Below the pieces are notes generated by a model. The model was not told the DNA's origin. It ran no database searches and was given only the letters and a program-made list of their open reading frames with translations. A stretch of DNA of 35,616 bases, taken from NCBI GenBank assembly GCA_964365615.1, contig CAYIQM010000002.1, positions 1 to 35,616 of the forward strand, written 5' to 3'. The stretch is from an uncultured Gammaproteobacteria bacterium (GTDB lineage Bacteria; Patescibacteriota; Patescibacteriia; 2-12-FULL-60-25). The translations under genes were made by a program, and so were the position numbers. The stretch's first letter is position 1. Each line of letters opens with the position of its first letter. Shown here piece after piece: positions 15,849 through 24,847 of this stretch.

Positions 15849-17144
15849 ATGACATCGCCGACGATCACCCATCTCCACGGCTCGCGCGTTGAACTGAAAT
15901 TTGTCGTAACGCCCGAGGAGGCAAAGCCATACCTCGACCGCGCGGTCGAGGAAATTTCGACGACGAAACCGATTAAAGGATTCCGTCCGGGCAAGGCTGG
16001 ATATTCAGACGTGAAGTCCTCGTATGGCGAGATGTTGATTTGGGAAACCGCGCTCGAGCGGATCATACGCGCGAAATATGTGAAAGCCATTCTCGACCAC
16101 AACATCGAAACGGTCGGATCGCCGGAAATTTCTGTAGAAAAACTCGTGCCAAATCAAGACATCGCGTTCACGCTCACGGCATCCGTCATGCCAACCGTGA
16201 CGCATCTCGCAGATTATACGAGTCCGCTTGTGACAAAAAAAACGCGCACGGTGACGGAGGAGGAGGTTCACAAAGCGCTTCAGGATCTGCGCACTCTGCG
16301 GCGCAGCGAATCGGCTGTGAACCGTACGGCGACACAAGAGGATATGATTGTCATTGACCTTGAAATCAAGAAAGATCGTGTTCCTGTCGATGGCGGCACA
16401 TCCCGCGATTACAAAATGTACCTCAACGAACCGCACTACATTCCGGGTTTTACCAAAGAGCTCGTTGGAATGAAAAAAGGCGATGTCAAGACATTTGAGC
16501 TTGAGTTTCCGAAGGATCATTACAACAAGATGCTCGCCGGAAACCGCGTCGAGTTTACCGCAATCGCACAGGATGTGTTTGAGATACAACTGCCCGAGGA
16601 AAGCGATGAATTTGCGAAAGGAATTGGCCTCGAGACGCTCGCCGCGCTCAAAGACCTGCTCCGAAAAAATCTTCAAGAGGCACAGAACCAAAAATGTGAT
16701 GAAACTGCGGAGATCGAGCTCCTCGAGAAACTCGTGAAGGAGTCGCAGTTTTCAGAAATTCCAGAGCTCCTTGTGAACGAAGAAGTGCGTCGGATGGTCC
16801 ATGAATTGGAGCACAACACGGAGCAACGCGGGATGAAGTTTGAAGACTATCTTACAAGCATGAAAAAGACCGTGGAAGAGATTAAACTCGCCTTTGTGCC
16901 TCGCGCGATCGAACGCGTGCAGACCGCTGTGCTTATCAAAGAGATCGGGAAGCGTGAGAACGTCGCGGTTTCAGACGAGGAGGTTGAGGCCGAACAGGAT
17001 CGTCTTCTCGATGCATTGCCGAGGGGCGACACAGAAACGCGTGAGCGCGTCGTCTCGCCCGAATATCGCGACGATCTCGCGGTACAGATGAAAAATCGGA
17101 AGATCCTTGCGGCGCTGAAGGCGAAAGGGATGCAGACAGAATGA
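15849..17144 (+). CDS. tig: Trigger factor
   Basis: ORF 15645.. trimmed to the ATG at 15849 (431 aa). Ribosome-binding signature KGFRPGKA, central FKBP-like part, helical C-terminal domain. Confidence 0.92.
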   Translation: MTSPTITHLHGSRVELKFVVTPEEAKPYLDRAVEEISTTKPIKGFRPGKAGYSDVKSSYGEMLIWETALERIIRAKYVKAILDHNIETVGSPEISVEKLVPNQDIAFTLTASVMPTVTHLADYTSPLVTKKTRTVTEEEVHKALQDLRTLRRSESAVNRTATQEDMIVIDLEIKKDRVPVDGGTSRDYKMYLNEPHYIPGFTKELVGMKKGDVKTFELEFPKDHYNKMLAGNRVEFTAIAQDVFEIQLPEESDEFAKGIGLETLAALKDLLRKNLQEAQNQKCDETAEIELLEKLVKESQFSEIPELLVNEEVRRMVHELEHNTEQRGMKFEDYLTSMKKTVEEIKLAFVPRAIERVQTAVLIKEIGKRENVAVSDEEVEAEQDRLLDALPRGDTETRERVVSPEYRDDLAVQMKNRKILAALKAKGMQTE

Positions 17145-17186
17145 ACATAAATTCAACCGATACGATTCTCATGCTATTCTTTGAAT

Positions 17187-17402
17187 ATGACCATACAGAT
17201 CACAAAAAACGTTCCGCTGCCCATACGACTTCAAAAAGCATGGAAGGGAAGCCGCGTCTTTTTTTCATCAGATAACGATACGCTCATCATCAAACGAATC
17301 CAGATGACATCTCCAAACAGTTTGCGCCAGCAATTACGAAAAGCTGGAAAGCGCATTTCACGGAAAATTCTTACAGATGCCATTCGGAACGCACGCACAT
17401 AA
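17187..17402 (+). CDS. Putative antitoxin (AbrB/SpoVT-like) of the PIN toxin
   Basis: 71 aa immediately upstream of the PIN gene (2-nt gap). The N-terminal IQITKNVPLPIRLQK...LIIKRI resembles a looped-hinge-helix fold. Weak assignment. Confidence 0.5.
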   Translation: MTIQITKNVPLPIRLQKAWKGSRVFFSSDNDTLIIKRIQMTSPNSLRQQLRKAGKRISRKILTDAIRNART

Positions 17403-17404
17403 CT

Positions 17405-17821
17405 ATGCGTGTTGTTTTTGACACGAACATCATCGTGTCCGGCCTCCTCTGGAAAGGAGCCACCTCGCTTCTTTTTGATGCCGTTGAACGTGGAGATCTG
17501 ACGCTCTGTATAACGCAAAATATCTTCGAGGAGATCAATCGTGTTTTTTCCTATCCACACATTAAACGCCAACTCAAATTGAACGATTTACAGCCCGATA
17601 CGGTCTTGAGTCACCTCCTTCGATGTTCCGTCCTCTATGAGGATATTCATGCTGTTGCGTTCGTGCATGATGACCCGTCGGATGATATGTTTCTGAATTG
17701 CGCACTCGCCAGCAATGCTCATTGGATCGTTTCGGGTGACACGCATCTAAAAAAGATCGGCAAGCTTGGCTACATCCGCATTGTTTCTCCGGCAACGTTC
17801 AAGCGGATCATACAATTATGA
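17405..17821 (+). CDS. PIN-domain toxin (VapC-like)
   Basis: VVFDTNIIVSGLL at the N-terminus and DDPSDDMFLNCALASNAHWIVSGDTHL supply the acidic PIN residues. Confidence 0.85.
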   Translation: MRVVFDTNIIVSGLLWKGATSLLFDAVERGDLTLCITQNIFEEINRVFSYPHIKRQLKLNDLQPDTVLSHLLRCSVLYEDIHAVAFVHDDPSDDMFLNCALASNAHWIVSGDTHLKKIGKLGYIRIVSPATFKRIIQL

Positions 17822-18690
17822 ACTTCGGTGCTCATGTTTCCATCGCCGGCGGGGTGCAACATGCGCCGTTACATGCGGCAAAGATTGGGTGTGAAGTTTT
17901 TCAGATGTTTAGCCGTTCGCCACAAGGCGGTCCAGCGCCAAAATTGACGCCGGAGATTGTTGAGCAATTTCGTCGGAGTTGCGACGAACATCATTTGAGC
18001 GAGTGGGTTATTCATGCGCCGTACTACATCAACTTCGCGTCCGGCGCGGAGCGAATCCGCGCGAACACGATCCATATCATCCGCGAGGAGCTTGAACGCG
18101 GCTCAATCCTCGGCGCCGCGTATGTCATGTTCCATCCCGGGAGCGCAAAAGACGTCGGTCAAAAAGAGGCGATGAAGTTTTGCGTCGAAGGGATCACGCG
18201 CGTGCTCGACGGCTATCATGGTTCAACGAAGCTGCTCATCGAAATGTCCGCAGGAGCGGGCATGATTATCGGCGACACGTTCGAGGAACTCGCGGAGCTT
18301 CTCGATGGGATCAATCATCCAGAACTCGGCATCTGCTTCGACACGGCACATGCGTTCGCGTCCGGATATGATCTTCGTGATGCGGCAACGGTCAACGCGA
18401 CGTTCAAACAATTCGACAAGCTCATCGGGCTCGATCGTCTCAAGATGAGCCATTGCAACGACTCAAAAGTGGATATTGGGGCGCACAAAGATCGCCACGA
18501 ACATTTGGGTGACGGATTCATCGGACTCGACGGATTCCGCGCGATCGTTGCGTTCAAAAAATTGCAACACATCAATCTCTACTGTGAGACCGAGCCGGCA
18601 GGAGTGAAAGAGGATTTGAAAAAATTGAGATCAATGCGATCAATCAAAATCGTACGGGCACGGCGCGTCGTGCCCTTGCATGACGCATGA
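17818..18690 (+). CDS. nfo: Deoxyribonuclease IV (endonuclease IV)
   Basis: HVSIAGG, HAPYYINFAS, MFHPGS, LIEMSAGAG, FDTAHAFASGYDL, HCNDSK, KDRHEHLGDGFIG. Confidence 0.93.
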   Translation: MNFGAHVSIAGGVQHAPLHAAKIGCEVFQMFSRSPQGGPAPKLTPEIVEQFRRSCDEHHLSEWVIHAPYYINFASGAERIRANTIHIIREELERGSILGAAYVMFHPGSAKDVGQKEAMKFCVEGITRVLDGYHGSTKLLIEMSAGAGMIIGDTFEELAELLDGINHPELGICFDTAHAFASGYDLRDAATVNATFKQFDKLIGLDRLKMSHCNDSKVDIGAHKDRHEHLGDGFIGLDGFRAIVAFKKLQHINLYCETEPAGVKEDLKKLRSMRSIKIVRARRVVPLHDA

Positions 18691-18944
18691 CCCGCCTAAC
18701 CATCCGCGTCATCCCAAACGCGTCGAAGACGGAGATGATTAGAGAAGCAAAGACGACCCGTCGGGTCGCCCCTGCGTGGACAATCCGCATCGCGGCGGCA
18801 CCCGTTGATGGTCGCGCAAATGAAGCGCTTATCGAATTTTTGTCAGAAAGACTGGATTGCTCAAAGTCAGAAATTCGCATCGTGAAAGGATTTGGATCAC
18901 GCGAAAAAATCATCGAAGTTCCGAATTACATCAGCTTCGAATGA
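18687..18944 (+). CDS. DUF167 (YggU-like) protein
   Basis: IRVIPNASKTE...APVDGRANEALIEFLSE.L....IRIVKG..SREKI.EV. Confidence 0.85.
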   Translation: MTRLTIRVIPNASKTEMIREAKTTRRVAPAWTIRIAAAPVDGRANEALIEFLSERLDCSKSEIRIVKGFGSREKIIEVPNYISFE

Positions 18945-18957
18945 ATCGAACATCATT

Positions 18958-18979
18958 ATTTTTGCTCTGTTGAGCAAAA
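18958..18979. terminator. Bidirectional stem-loop between convergent genes
   Basis: tttttgctc (18958-18966), tgtt loop, gagcaaaaa (18971-18979). A/T tracts are built into both arms. Confidence 0.55.
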
Positions 18980-19010
18980 ACGTACGCATTGACCTTGAAC
19001 CTGACGTGGT

Positions 19011-19265
19011 TCATGGAACGGGATCATGACCGCCTGTATGCCACGGCGTACAGCGGAAGAGACGCTTGAGCGTCATCCACGATCCTTTGATGAGGCCATG
19101 TCGCTCCAACGCTTCATATCCGTACTCTGAACAGGTTGGCGTGTAGCGGCAGACCCTGTATTTAAAAAATCGCGACGCGAATCCGTGGTCTGGCGAGAGG
19201 GTGTATTGATACGCAAGAATCAACGTTTGACCCGCGCGTTTTGGGAGATGGAGAAGCTGCATAGC
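19011..19265 (-). CDS. yidD: Membrane protein insertion efficiency factor YidD
   Basis: YQYTLSP....[46 protein letters not shown]. Start moved to the ATG at 19265, because the upstream 18 codons are TACG-repeat DNA. Confidence 0.88.
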   Translation of the reverse strand, partial: AMQLLHLPKRAGQTLILAYQYTLSPDHGFASRFFKYRVCRYTPTCSEYGYEALERHGLIKGSWMTLKRLFRCTPWHTGGHDPVP

Positions 19266-19345
19266 ATGTCGTTCGTAGATCGTAGTGCGTCGTGCGTAGC
19301 TTGAGATTCCGAATGACATACTACGAACTACGTACTACGTACTTT
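19266..19345. repeat. TACG-rich low-complexity spacer at the rnpA/yidD junction
   Basis: cgttcgtagatcgtagtgcgtcgtgcgtagc ... ctacgaactacgtactacgtac. Overlaps the last codons of rnpA. Confidence 0.5.
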
Positions 19346-19747
19346 CGGCAGTGCCAGTTTCGTCTGATGCTTCTTTCCTCTCGAGGATGGCCGTGAAGGC
19401 TGCAAAAGCGCTTCTGGAATTTTTGAAACAAGGCGACGAACCTCTGCGACCAATTTTTGATAGTCCGCGTCTCGAGCTTCAGGCTTGAGAACAAAAAGGA
19501 GATTGACCCCCTGTGGAATTTCTGCGAGAAGGGAACGCACCGCTTCTCGAAACCGACGTTTTGCTCGGTTTCGATCAACGGCACGCTTCAAAATCTTCGT
19601 TGAGGTGATGAATGCGACTTTCCCCGTCTCTTTTGGACGGACTTCGACGATTCGCAGTGTCGCATACGGTCCAAAAACAGACCGACCTTTTAATGCAAGG
19701 CGAGTAAAATCTTTCTTTTTCGTGAGACGTAACGGACGTGGCAACAT
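19328..19747 (-). CDS. rnpA: Ribonuclease P protein component
   Basis: ORF 19328..20125 trimmed to [14 protein letters not shown]. Contains the RNR-like motif [14 protein letters not shown]. Sits directly downstream of rpmH. Confidence 0.85.
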   Translation of the reverse strand: MLPRPLRLTKKKDFTRLALKGRSVFGPYATLRIVEVRPKETGKVAFITSTKILKRAVDRNRAKRRFREAVRSLLAEIPQGVNLLFVLKPEARDADYQKLVAEVRRLVSKIPEALLQPSRPSSRGKKHQTKLALPKVRST

Positions 19748-19757
19748 CGCGCGATGA

Positions 19758-19910
19758 CTACGCCCGCCTTGTCTTGGCTGCGACAGACTTCCGGCCCTTG
19801 CGGCGGCGGCGCGCAAGCACCTCTCGTCCGTCCTGTGTCCGCATTCGACGTCGAAATCCGTGCACTTTCGCGTATCTCCGCTTTTTTGGCTGATAGGTTC
19901 GTTTTGGCAT
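19758..19910 (-). CDS. rpmH: 50S ribosomal protein L34 (too short for the ORF track)
   Basis: Hand translation of the minus strand gives [50 protein letters not shown], then TAG at 19758-19760. Confidence 0.93.
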   Translation of the reverse strand: MPKRTYQPKKRRYAKVHGFRRRMRTQDGREVLARRRRKGRKSVAAKTRRA

Positions 19911-19997
19911 ATATTGAGAGTGGACAATCGTATGGTAGACGGTAGATGCCGTCTAGTCTTTGAGCGAAACTCTACACTGTTCACTGTGCACTGTCCA

Positions 19998-20285
19998 CTA
20001 CTCCCCCATGCCATCAGTGTCACGACGGCGAATATTATCGAGGCGAAACCTTCGGCTTTAAACGTCCAAATGTGCATGAACGCTTCCGTCGAAGTCGTGA
20101 AAAGAGATGAGCTGCATACCTTCAAGGTCTTGCCGAAGCGTTAGGTCGTGGAGCGTTCCTTTGGCTGGCTTGAGAAGTGCCGGAGACTTTGAAAGAACTG
20201 CGAGAGAAAATTTCACATCGGCTTGCAGATGGTGGTATTCGTGTTTGTCAGATTGTTGTTGAAGATATTTGAGACAGGCTCTTAG
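19998..20285 (+). pseudogene. Decayed IS5-family DDE transposase remnant (C-terminal part)
   Basis: One frame reads LLPHAISVTTANIIEAKPSAL..VEVVKRDELHTFKVLPKR*VVERSFGWLEKCRRL*KNCERKFHIGLQMVVFVFVRLLLK. This resembles the conserved ...LPKRWVVERTF.WL...RRLWKNCERK... C-terminus. There are two in-frame stops and the catalytic N-terminal part is missing. Confidence 0.6.
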
Positions 20286-20608
20286 GATTTAGAGTTTTGT
20301 TCTGCATGAGAAGTGATCTCGATATTGCAGCTATGATGTTCCTTGCACCATTCCTCACATGTATAGGCCCAAGTCTTTTCACGGTATCGCAAGCCGCACT
20401 CCTTGCAACTATAAAGCTTTACGTCCTCCTGATTGTGTCCCATGCCCTTCATCATGAAAATCATGGATAAGGGACATAGTGCGAAGATCGCAAGCGGAGC
20501 AAGTCCAATAATCGTTGATCGAAATTGCGGAAGTGCGATAGCTCCAAGAGCTATAACCAGTGCAATGATACCCCCAATCTTTAGCATTGTTTTTGTGTCA
20601 CATTTCAT
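20282..20608 (-). CDS. Small membrane protein with DUF2933-like N-terminus and Cys-rich C-terminal domain
   Basis: Two TM segments with CPLSMIFMMKGMGH. The soluble tail is YSCKECGLRYREKTWAYTCEEWCKEHHSCNIEITSHA (CxxC-x12-CxxxC-x5-C). Confidence 0.75.
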   Translation of the reverse strand: MKCDTKTMLKIGGIIALVIALGAIALPQFRSTIIGLAPLAIFALCPLSMIFMMKGMGHNQEDVKLYSCKECGLRYREKTWAYTCEEWCKEHHSCNIEITSHAEQNSKS

Positions 20609-20614
20609 ATGAGT

Positions 20615-20809
20615 TTAGTGTTTAGTTATACTGCACGCTTTACAGTGATCCTGTATCTGTCGTGAGGCCAGGAAAATGGCGATGAGCACGATAAGCATCG
20701 CGGCTGAAACAAATATCCACCTGTGACGGATGACAAAGAAGACTCCGCCCGTACCAAAGAATCCCAAGATGGCGAAAACACATGAGACACAACTTGCCGT
20801 TCCAAGCAT
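20615..20809 (-). CDS. Small 2-TM membrane protein with two CxxC pairs (MerF/MerT-like layout); possibly the 3' part of a disrupted longer gene
   Basis: MLGTASCVSCVFAILGFFG...WIFVSAAMLIVLIAIFLA...HCKAC. The same frame stays open and hydrophobic upstream to 20938, but without a start codon. Confidence 0.5.
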   Translation of the reverse strand: MLGTASCVSCVFAILGFFGTGGVFFVIRHRWIFVSAAMLIVLIAIFLASRQIQDHCKACSITKH

Positions 20810-20986
20810 GGAGGCAAATATTGTAGAGATACCCCCGACCCCACTCGCGCTGAGGAGAAAGCATGCCGAGAAGGTCCGGCAGGAACAGGTCTTTGAGAGC
20901 TTGGGTGGATGACGTCTGCCTTGGAGATTCTGGTGGGGTCACGTTCATCTCGTTTTCGATAATAGCCATATGATTTTAGAATCAAG

Positions 20987-23869
20987 TTACCTACTCATTC
21001 GTGCGAAGCTGAAGAAGATGAACGTGAACACCACCGTCATCAGAATTGGAGCAAAGTCGGAAAGGTAGTTTTTCTTTTGTGGATGAAAGCCTTTTAAGAG
21101 TAAGGAATTTGTTACGACAGAAACCGAGCTTAACGCCATCGCAAGTCCAGCAAGTTCTGGACGGAGCACGATACCTACGCCGATAAGAGCGCGTGCGGCA
21201 ATCGGGATCCCAATGATATTGTAGAACAGCGCGAAGAACAGATTCTGTTTGATTTTACCCATCGTTTTTTTGCTAAGACGGATGGCATTAATCACATCGC
21301 GTAAATCGTTTTTGATGATCACGATCCCGCCGGTTTCCATGGCGACGTCTGTTCCGCTGCCCATCGCGATTCCTACATCAGCTTGTGCGAGTGCAGGACT
21401 ATCGTTGATACCATCCCCTACCATGGCTACGCGCAAACCACCTTCTTGAAGTTTCTTAACTTCGTTGGCTTTATCTTGAGGCAAAACCTCCGCCAACACA
21501 TTCGTAATGCCGACCTGCTTAGCAATCGCTTGAGCGGTCCGTTGGTTGTCACCCGTGATCATATAGACCGGGATCTTCATCTTCCCTAATTGTTGCACCG
21601 CTTCTAATGATGTCTCTTTGAGAACATCGGCGGCTGCGATAATGCCGAGCATCTGATCTTTCGTAGCAAGGAGCATGGCTGTTTTGCCTGCTTCCTCTAG
21701 ATGCTGTAGTTTCTTCTCGGCTTTAGTTACATCGTGATTCAGTTGCGCCATGAGTTTTCGATTGCCGAGATAGTATCCCGTCTCGCCAATAGATCCTGTG
21801 ACTCCGTGCCCCGGAATCGCTCGAAAGTTTCTTACGTCTTGCATGATTGCCCCCTCTTCTTTGGCGTATGCGTAGATGCTTTCGGCAAGAGGATGCTCAG
21901 ATGTCTTCTCAAGGCTTCCTGCGATGGCGAGCAGCTCCTCTTGATCCAGCTCTGACAATGAGACGATATCAGTCACTTCCGGTTGCCCTTTGGTGAGCGT
22001 CCCTGTCTTGTCGAATATGACGGCTTGGATTTTTGAGGCGGCTTCCAATGGCTCACCGCCTTTGATGAGAATCCCATGTTCTGCACCCTTGCCAGTCCCG
22101 ACCATGACCGCTGTCGGGGTTCCGAGACCCAACGCACATGGACAGGCAATTACAATGACAGAGACGAACGCCAGCAGCGCAAAGGTCAGTGAGGCTCCAA
22201 GGAAAAAGTACCACACAACAAACACAAGCAACGCGATTCCCATGACGGTCGGGACAAACCATGCTGAAATGCGATCAGCATAGGCCTGAATTGGAGCTTT
22301 CGAACCTTGTGCATCCTCAATGAGCTGGATGATCTGTGCCAACGCAGTTTCGGATCCGATTTTCGTTGCCTTGAATTCGAAGCTACCGTTTTTGTTTATG
22401 GTAGAACCGATCACATTGTCGCCTTCTTGTTTTTCAACGGGGATGCTTTCTCCGGTCAACATTGATTCATCTACCGCCGAGCTCCCCTGAACAACAACGC
22501 CGTCGACAGGAATTTTTTCACCTGGTCTGACAACAATAATGTCACCATGAGTTACTTGCTCGATAGGAATATCAATCATGGCTTCGCCGCGTTTCACGCG
22601 AGCAGTTTTCGCCTGTAGGCCCATCAGCTTTTTGATTGCTTCACTCGTCTTGCCTTTTGCGCGCGCCTCTAGCCACTTCCCCATCAGCACGAACGTGATC
22701 AGGAAGACGCTGATCTCAAAGTAGAGATCGGGGATCTTCGCTCCCATGGGTGCCCAAACCGTATGGGCTTGCAAGACGTAGCGAGCGAATTCGAACAGGC
22801 TGTAGAACGTAGCGGTGCTTGTCCCAATGGCGATCAAGCTGTCCATATTGAAGGTTTTCATCTTCAAGCTTGACCACATGCCCTTGTAGAAGCCTGCGCC
22901 GAGGATGAATTGCACGGGGAGCACCAACAGCAAGGAGATGAAACCCATGCGCGAGAAAATTTGCTCGCGGAATGGAACTGGAAAGAAGTCGGCCAGCATG
23001 AAGTAAGCCAAGGGCACACTAAAAGCCAAGCCAATCAGGAATTTCTTCCGATAGGATGCTATTTCTTGTTGTCGTTTCTTTCGTTCAGACGCTTGGTCTT
23101 TCTCGGCGATCTCTGCTCTGTAGCCAGCTGATTTGATGGCACTCTTGATCTTTTCTACATCCGCAAGAGAGGTGCTGAAGATCACTCGTGCTTTTTCTGC
23201 ACCATAGTTCACACTCGCTTCTTTCACGCCTGAAACTTTTTTGAGCTTGCGTTCAATCAATCCGGCACAGCTTGCGCAGTGCATGCCGTAGAGATTAAAA
23301 CTTACGCGCAGCTCTTCAGCAGGAACGTGCTGTTGAGTTTGTGGTTCTTCTGTATCGCTCACGCCGATTACTGCCTGATCTTCAGTCGCAGACTTCGTTC
23401 CCGAAACAAACGTATCAATTCGTTCAAATGCGGAATCCAACTTAAAGGCATGTTGGATGGTCGATAGTAGATCCATTCTTTCTTGCTCGTCTTTTGGACT
23501 CATCTCGCATTTTGTCGTGACCGTCACTTTGCCAGTGAATTCTGTAACTCCTTGAGGCCAAGTCCTGACAGTCCCATCAGCCGTTGTCTCACGATGGATC
23601 GAAACTTTGGCCGCTGATGCGATTTCGGATGGTTTCGTTTCCACGGGCAGAACTTGTCCAGCTTTCAAAGCTCGGAATCCCAAGTCTTCAACCAACTTTC
23701 TGAAATGATCTTCCGTGATACGGAATTCGTCATATTCCACTTTGGCCGTCTTGCTCGGAAAATCAACCAAAGCAGAGGCCACTCCTGGGCACGCTTGGAG
23801 CGCTTGTTCGTTGCGCTTGGCACACGCGTCACACGTCATGCCAAGAATGGTGAAAGATGTTTTAGTCAT
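20987..23869 (-). CDS. copA: Cu(I)/Ag(I)-translocating P1B-type ATPase
   Basis: Two HMA domains ([21 protein letters not shown]). TM6 CPC ([11 protein letters not shown]), [19 protein letters not shown]7 YN (FYNIIGIP), TM8 [12 protein letters not shown]. Confidence 0.95.
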   Translation of the reverse strand: MTKTSFTILGMTCDACAKRNEQALQACPGVASALVDFPSKTAKVEYDEFRITEDHFRKLVEDLGFRALKAGQVLPVETKPSEIASAAKVSIHRETTADGTVRTWPQGVTEFTGKVTVTTKCEMSPKDEQERMDLLSTIQHAFKLDSAFERIDTFVSGTKSATEDQAVIGVSDTEEPQTQQHVPAEELRVSFNLYGMHCASCAGLIERKLKKVSGVKEASVNYGAEKARVIFSTSLADVEKIKSAIKSAGYRAEIAEKDQASERKKRQQEIASYRKKFLIGLAFSVPLAYFMLADFFPVPFREQIFSRMGFISLLLVLPVQFILGAGFYKGMWSSLKMKTFNMDSLIAIGTSTATFYSLFEFARYVLQAHTVWAPMGAKIPDLYFEISVFLITFVLMGKWLEARAKGKTSEAIKKLMGLQAKTARVKRGEAMIDIPIEQVTHGDIIVVRPGEKIPVDGVVVQGSSAVDESMLTGESIPVEKQEGDNVIGSTINKNGSFEFKATKIGSETALAQIIQLIEDAQGSKAPIQAYADRISAWFVPTVMGIALLVFVVWYFFLGASLTFALLAFVSVIVIACPCALGLGTPTAVMVGTGKGAEHGILIKGGEPLEAASKIQAVIFDKTGTLTKGQPEVTDIVSLSELDQEELLAIAGSLEKTSEHPLAESIYAYAKEEGAIMQDVRNFRAIPGHGVTGSIGETGYYLGNRKLMAQLNHDVTKAEKKLQHLEEAGKTAMLLATKDQMLGIIAAADVLKETSLEAVQQLGKMKIPVYMITGDNQRTAQAIAKQVGITNVLAEVLPQDKANEVKKLQEGGLRVAMVGDGINDSPALAQADVGIAMGSGTDVAMETGGIVIIKNDLRDVINAIRLSKKTMGKIKQNLFFALFYNIIGIPIAARALIGVGIVLRPELAGLAMALSSVSVVTNSLLLKGFHPQKKNYLSDFAPILMTVVFTFIFFSFARMSR

Positions 23870-23881
23870 ATTCTGGAACGC

Positions 23882-24847
23882 TTAACGAAGCTTCGTCCAA
23901 GTTTCTCCACCATCCGTACTTTTGTAGAGTTTATGCTGGTCAAGCAAAGCGTAGACGTTACTTGTGTCCTGAGGATCATACGCAAGATGGATGACTTTTC
24001 CTTCGGTACTGGACAGAGATGTCTTGGCCCAAGTCTTTCCCCCATCCTGCGTTTTGGCTAATCCGAATGCGCGGGAAGAAGAAAGTGCTTCGGCAGGATT
24101 CTTTGGATTGAAGGCAAGCGCAATAACAACACTCCCTTGGAGTTGTTCAGACCAGCTGTTCCACGAATCCCCTCCATCATCACTCACGATAATACCGCGC
24201 AGAGTTGAAGCATATACACGATTGGGATTTTGGCGATCCGCTGTAAGACTGATGGGTTGGTTGATATTTTGAGCCTTAGCGAGTTCCCACGTTTTTCCGC
24301 CATCACGACTTCGCTGGAATGTGCCGTGGAACCAACCATAGAGATACTCAGGATTTGCCGGGCTCACCGTCATCGCATGAAAGTCTACGGGCCCATTAAC
24401 TCCATCAGCGATTTTTTTCCAACTAACGCCGCCGTCTTCTGACTTCTGCACTCCGATATTTCCACCTGTATTTGGATGTCCGCTGCTAAAGATGACGTTT
24501 GCTTGCGATGGGTGAAGGGAGAAACCCATGTAATCATCTTTACTTTTTCCGACTTGATACAGGTCAGTATCGTTTTTTAGAACGTACAAACCTTCATGAG
24601 TTGCGATGTACACTTTGCTGGAGGTTGCGATACCTATCGCGAGACCGTGAGCATGCGTGAAGGTATCTACGGGATACAGGTTCGTATCAGTATTTATTTT
24701 TGCCAGACTGCAACCAGTAGCACTGCATGTGCCTTCGGCTGGGGTAGTGACTTTGCGAGGAGAAGGTTGTGGTCTGGACACGATAGCGACTATACCCACA
24801 GCAACGACGGTGCCAACGACAATGCATGGGAGAAATTTCTTGTTCAT
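23882..24847 (-). CDS. Membrane-anchored/secreted BNR (Asp-box) repeat beta-propeller protein
   Basis: N-terminal TM/signal segment. Five Asp boxes: SEDGGVSW, SRDGGKTW, SDDGGDSW, TQDGGKTW, STDGGETW. ATGA overlap with the upstream chaperone gene. Confidence 0.85.
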   Translation of the reverse strand: MNKKFLPCIVVGTVVAVGIVAIVSRPQPSPRKVTTPAEGTCSATGCSLAKINTDTNLYPVDTFTHAHGLAIGIATSSKVYIATHEGLYVLKNDTDLYQVGKSKDDYMGFSLHPSQANVIFSSGHPNTGGNIGVQKSEDGGVSWKKIADGVNGPVDFHAMTVSPANPEYLYGWFHGTFQRSRDGGKTWELAKAQNINQPISLTADRQNPNRVYASTLRGIIVSDDGGDSWNSWSEQLQGSVVIALAFNPKNPAEALSSSRAFGLAKTQDGGKTWAKTSLSSTEGKVIHLAYDPQDTSNVYALLDQHKLYKSTDGGETWTKLR

